Translations under genes and position numbers: made by a program
The notes under the pieces: generated by a model
Database searches by the model: none
What the model saw: the letters and a program-made list of their open reading frames with translations, nothing else
Told to the model about the DNA's origin: nothing
Shown: positions 60,400 to 64,000 of the stretch, in pieces
How the letters are laid out: every line of letters begins with the position of its first letter
Position numbering within the stretch: position 1 is the first letter of the stretch
DNA from: an uncultured Phycisphaeraceae bacterium
GTDB lineage: Bacteria > Planctomycetota > Phycisphaerae > UBA1845
DNA: 64,000 bases
Assembly (NCBI GenBank): GCA_964569425.1
Contig: CAZMVD010000008.1
Span: forward strand, 3,182 to 67,181
Reading direction: 5' to 3'

Positions 60400-61902
60400 A
60401 TGATCAGAAAAATCCTAATCGCCAACCGCGGCGAGATTGCCGTGCGGATCGCGGGCACGCTTCAGCAGATGGGCGTGACGGCGGCGGCGGTGTATTCGGA
60501 GCCGGATCGCCGGGCGCTGCACGTGCAGGCGGCCGACGAGGCCTATCCGCTGGAGGGGCAGACCTCCGCGGAGACCTATTTGCGCGGCGATAAGATCATC
60601 GAGATCGCGCAGCGGCATGGTTGCGACGCGATCCACCCCGGCTACGGGTTTCTATCGGAAAACGCCGGCTTCGCCCAGGCGTGCCGCGATGCGGGCATCA
60701 CCTTTATCGGCCCTGCGCCGGACGTGATCCGCGCCATGGGCGACAAGATCACGGCCAAACAGGCGTTTGTGGCCGCGGGGGTGCCGGTGGTTCCCGGCTG
60801 GTCGGGCGACGGACACGAGAGCGCGGATGCCATCGCGCGTGAGGCGGTGCGCATCGGCTTTCCGGTGCTCATCAAGGCGGCGGCGGGGGGCGGCGGCAAG
60901 GGCATGCGCGTGGTGGAAAGTGCCGCGGAGCTGCGCGGCGCGGTCGAGGCGGCGCAGCGCGAAGCAAAGGCCGCCTTCGGCGATGGACGTGTTTTTCTGG
61001 AGAAGTTCATCCGCCGCCCGCGGCACGTGGAAATCCAGATTTTCGGCGACGCGCACGGCAACGTCGTGCACCTGTTCGAACGTGAGTGTTCCATCCAGCG
61101 GCGGCACCAGAAGATCATCGAGGAAACGCCCTCGCCCGCGTTGACCGCGGCGCTGCGCGCGGAAATGGGGGCGGCGGCGGTGAAAGCCGCGAAGGCGATC
61201 GGCTACACCAACGCGGGGACCGTCGAGTTCATGGTCGACGATGCGGGGCACTTTTATTTTCTGGAAGTCAACACGCGGCTCCAGGTCGAGCACCCGGTGA
61301 CGGAGATGGTTACCGGGCATGATCTGGTGCGGGCACAGGTGCTGGTGGCGGCCGGCGAGCCGCTGCCGTTCACGCAGCAGGATCTCCGCCAGGAAGGGCA
61401 CGCGCTCGAATGCCGCATCTACGCCGAGGACGCCGCCCGCGGCTTTCTGCCGGCGACGGGAACCCTCGAGCGTTATCGTCCGCCGGCCGGTCCGGGCATT
61501 CGAGTGGACAGCGGCGTGTACGAAGGGGCGGCGGTGAGCGTTTTCTACGATCCGCAACTGGCGAAGCTGATTGTGTGGGAGCGCACGCGCGACGCGGCCA
61601 TTCGCCGCATGGCGTGGGCATTGCGACGTTACGTGGTACTGGGCGTGACGACCAACATCGAGTTTCTGCAGTCGCTGATCGACCATCCGGAGTTGCGCGC
61701 CGGGCGTTTGCACACGCAGTTCTTGGACGAGCATGACGTGCCGACAAGCGCCGCCGATGGCCCGGACGAAGCGCTCATTGCCGGCGCGCTGGCGATGCGT
61801 TTCGGTGAGGTCGCACGGGCGAGTCAGGATGGTCGGGCTGAGGGAGCCCGCGCGTCGGATGCCAACCCATGGCACGAGGCGCGCGCCTGGAGGACCATCT
61901 GA
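60400..61902 (+). CDS. Biotin carboxylase subunit (acyl-CoA carboxylase alpha, probably methylcrotonyl-CoA carboxylase)
   Basis: KILIANRGEIA, IHPGYGFLSEN, GGGGKGMR, ERECSIQRRHQK, EVNTRLQVEHPVTE. Confidence 0.93.
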   Translation: MIRKILIANRGEIAVRIAGTLQQMGVTAAAVYSEPDRRALHVQAADEAYPLEGQTSAETYLRGDKIIEIAQRHGCDAIHPGYGFLSENAGFAQACRDAGITFIGPAPDVIRAMGDKITAKQAFVAAGVPVVPGWSGDGHESADAIAREAVRIGFPVLIKAAAGGGGKGMRVVESAAELRGAVEAAQREAKAAFGDGRVFLEKFIRRPRHVEIQIFGDAHGNVVHLFERECSIQRRHQKIIEETPSPALTAALRAEMGAAAVKAAKAIGYTNAGTVEFMVDDAGHFYFLEVNTRLQVEHPVTEMVTGHDLVRAQVLVAAGEPLPFTQQDLRQEGHALECRIYAEDAARGFLPATGTLERYRPPAGPGIRVDSGVYEGAAVSVFYDPQLAKLIVWERTRDAAIRRMAWALRRYVVLGVTTNIEFLQSLIDHPELRAGRLHTQFLDEHDVPTSAADGPDEALIAGALAMRFGEVARASQDGRAEGARASDANPWHEARAWRTI

Positions 61903-62435
61903 TGCAGCGCGTCCATTTCCAGTTTCCCGGTCGCGCCGCGCCGGTCGAGGTGGCGCTGGAGCGCGGCGACAGCGACGGCGCGTTTCACGCGCGGATCGGC
62001 GAACATCGTTCGAGCGTGGCGGTGGAGTGGACCGGGCCGCAGCAGGGCTTCGTGCGCGTCGGCGGGCGGGTGCTGGCGTTTCACGCGCTGGTGCGGAAGG
62101 GCGTGGTGGAGGTGTGGATGGCGGGCCGCCGTATTGCGCTGGAGGTTATCGACCGCAGCGCGCGGCGGGTGCGGGGCGGCGCGGGGCGCGAGGCGCTGGC
62201 CGACGTGATCGCGGCCATGCCCGGTACCGTGCTGCGCATCGACGTGAAGTCGGGTGATGGGTTCGCGGCCCACCAGCCGCTGGTGGTGATGGAATCCATG
62301 AAGATGGAAATGACACTCACCGCGCCGCACCCTGGCCGGGTGAAGGCCGTCCGCTGCCAGGTCGGCCAACTCGTGGATATGGGTGCCGTGCTGATCGAAG
62401 TGGAGCCGGTGAAAGCCGATGCCGATCTGGCCTGA
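61902..62435 (+). CDS. Biotin carboxyl carrier protein with N-terminal linker domain
   Basis: AMPGTV, ESMKME biotinylation motif; TGATG coupling to the upstream gene. Confidence 0.88.
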   Translation: MQRVHFQFPGRAAPVEVALERGDSDGAFHARIGEHRSSVAVEWTGPQQGFVRVGGRVLAFHALVRKGVVEVWMAGRRIALEVIDRSARRVRGGAGREALADVIAAMPGTVLRIDVKSGDGFAAHQPLVVMESMKMEMTLTAPHPGRVKAVRCQVGQLVDMGAVLIEVEPVKADADLA

Positions 62436-63336
62436 GCGCGTCAAGATCGTGGAAGTGGGCCCGCGCGACGGGTTGCAGAATGAGCACACGCCCGTGTCCA
62501 CCGAACGCAAGGTCGCGTTTATCCGCAAGCTGGTCGAGGCGGGCCTGAAGCACGTCGAGGCGACTTCGTTCGTTCATCCGCAGGCCGTGCCGCAACTGGC
62601 CGATGCCGCCGAAGTGGTGGCCGCGCTGCCCGAGGCCGAGGGCGTCGAATACGCCGCCCTTGTGCCCAACGAACGCGGGCTGGAGCGGGCGCTGGCCGCG
62701 GGGGTACGGCGCGTGGCGGTGTTCACGGCTGCGTCGGAGTCCTTCGTGCAGAAGAACATCCGCATGAGCATCGCCGAATCATTGGCGTTGTTTGGCGGCA
62801 TGATTCGCACCGCGTTGTCCGCGGGGGTGAGCGTGCGCGGCTATGTATCCACTTGTTTCGTGTGTCCGTTCGAGGGTGAAGTGGCCAAAGAAAAAGTGCG
62901 CGAGCTGTGCGAGTCGCTATTAGCGCTGGGGGTGGATGAGGTGGCGATCAGCGACACCATCGGCGCCGCCGCCCCGCGCGACGTGTACGAAACGGTGGGG
63001 TACCTGTTGCAAAGCGTGCCGAGTGAGCAAATTGCGCTGCACTTTCACGATACCTTTGGCACGGCGCTGGCCAACGTGTGCGCCGGGCTGGAGTTGGGCG
63101 TGACCACGTACGACGCGGCGGCCGGCGGGCTGGGCGGTTGCCCCTTCGCGCCCGGCGCGGCGGGAAACCTCGCCACCGAGGACCTGGTGTATCTGCTCGA
63201 CCGTATGGGCATTGCCCACGGGGTCGATCAAGCCAAAGTCATCGACGCAGCAGAAGTCATCGCCGCCGCCCTCGACCGGCCGTTGACCAGCAAGCAGCGG
63301 ATGCGCTTGCGTGGCTCCGGCGGAGCGTGCGAATAA
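62419..63336 (+). CDS. liuE: Hydroxymethylglutaryl-CoA lyase
   Basis: EVGPRDGLQNE, LHFHDT, GLGGCPFAPGAAGNLATED. Confidence 0.95.
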   Translation: MPIWPERVKIVEVGPRDGLQNEHTPVSTERKVAFIRKLVEAGLKHVEATSFVHPQAVPQLADAAEVVAALPEAEGVEYAALVPNERGLERALAAGVRRVAVFTAASESFVQKNIRMSIAESLALFGGMIRTALSAGVSVRGYVSTCFVCPFEGEVAKEKVRELCESLLALGVDEVAISDTIGAAAPRDVYETVGYLLQSVPSEQIALHFHDTFGTALANVCAGLELGVTTYDAAAGGLGGCPFAPGAAGNLATEDLVYLLDRMGIAHGVDQAKVIDAAEVIAAALDRPLTSKQRMRLRGSGGACE

Positions 63337-63528
63337 GGTCGGAGGACTCGTTCTAGACCTTGCAACAGGATCAATCGCTGGCGCCGGACCGCAATCCCAA
63401 TTCGGCGAATAGGCCGATTCACTTCGAGTCAGATTATTACCTGTGCATTCCGAGGGTCGGAGCGCGGACTGCGACGGTATTGGCGTTGTGATGCTGCGAT
63501 GCCGGCGCTGTCCGCTCGATGGGCTGCG

Positions 63529-63972
63529 TTAAAAGCCTGCGACCTTCCAGGCGCCGTCCACGAAAGCGAATTGCAGAAACCAGGTATTGGCCTTGGTTTC
63601 GAAGTACACGACCGCACGGTCACCATGCCTTTGCATGGACGTGACAAGGCGCTTTAGCGCGACCGGGTCATCCGGAAGGTCGTCGAGCATCATGGTGCGC
63701 ATTTCCTGGAATTCCGTGGTTGGCTGCTGCACTTCCTGCTGAATCCTCGTGATTTGTTCTGCCGTCGCCAGCTTGGCGATGGTGTCCGCATCCATCGAAC
63801 GAAGGGCGCCGAGGAAGTCGATGGCGAGCTTGGCCTGCGGACTTTCCCGGGCGTCGTCGTCGGTCAGGGTAACATCTCTGTTGCGTAGCATTAAGACTGA
63901 AACAATGATGGCCAGCGCGATGACGGCGGCCCCGGGAATTAGGGTAGGTCGCGAACCTTGAGCCAAGCTCAT
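63529..63972 (-). CDS. Hypothetical membrane-anchored protein (NTF2/DUF4878-like)
   Basis: GGAG RBS, N-terminal TM, C-terminal GDRAVV...VDGAWKV. Confidence 0.6.
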   Translation of the reverse strand: MSLAQGSRPTLIPGAAVIALAIIVSVLMLRNRDVTLTDDDARESPQAKLAIDFLGALRSMDADTIAKLATAEQITRIQQEVQQPTTEFQEMRTMMLDDLPDDPVALKRLVTSMQRHGDRAVVYFETKANTWFLQFAFVDGAWKVAGF

Positions 63973-64000
63973 GAGAATTCTCCTATGTCTGAATGACTAG

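Overview
High-GC bacterial chromosome segment, most consistent with Planctomycetota (probably Phycisphaerae). The evidence for this is an H-X9-DG/DUF1559-type protein, EDG-PTATEY Flp pilins, CPxCGY-x-L-x4-CPECG zinc ribbons and CC-x3-WD-x2-C repeats. Most genes are housekeeping or metabolic: arcA, apgM, hutU, manC, pcrA, selB, uppS, fabI, tadA, arsC, ispF, cysS, pcm, ftsK and a partial leucine-catabolism cluster. There is also a Tad/Flp pilus locus (about 28.2-42.1 kb) and a MntA-HepT toxin-antitoxin pair. Three things stand out. (1) An AhpD-like selenoprotein is split by the ORF track at an in-frame UGA (CxxU), followed by a SECIS-like hairpin, with selB in the same window. (2) A lower-GC, translationally coupled three-gene cassette beside ftsK (TIGR04255-like gene, unknown gene, ADP-ribosyltransferase-like gene) is a candidate toxin-antitoxin-chaperone-like defence system. 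(3) A 59-aa Flp pilin is missing from the ORF track. Family assignments come from motif recognition only; no searches were run. No rRNA, tRNA, CRISPR array or transposase was recognised.
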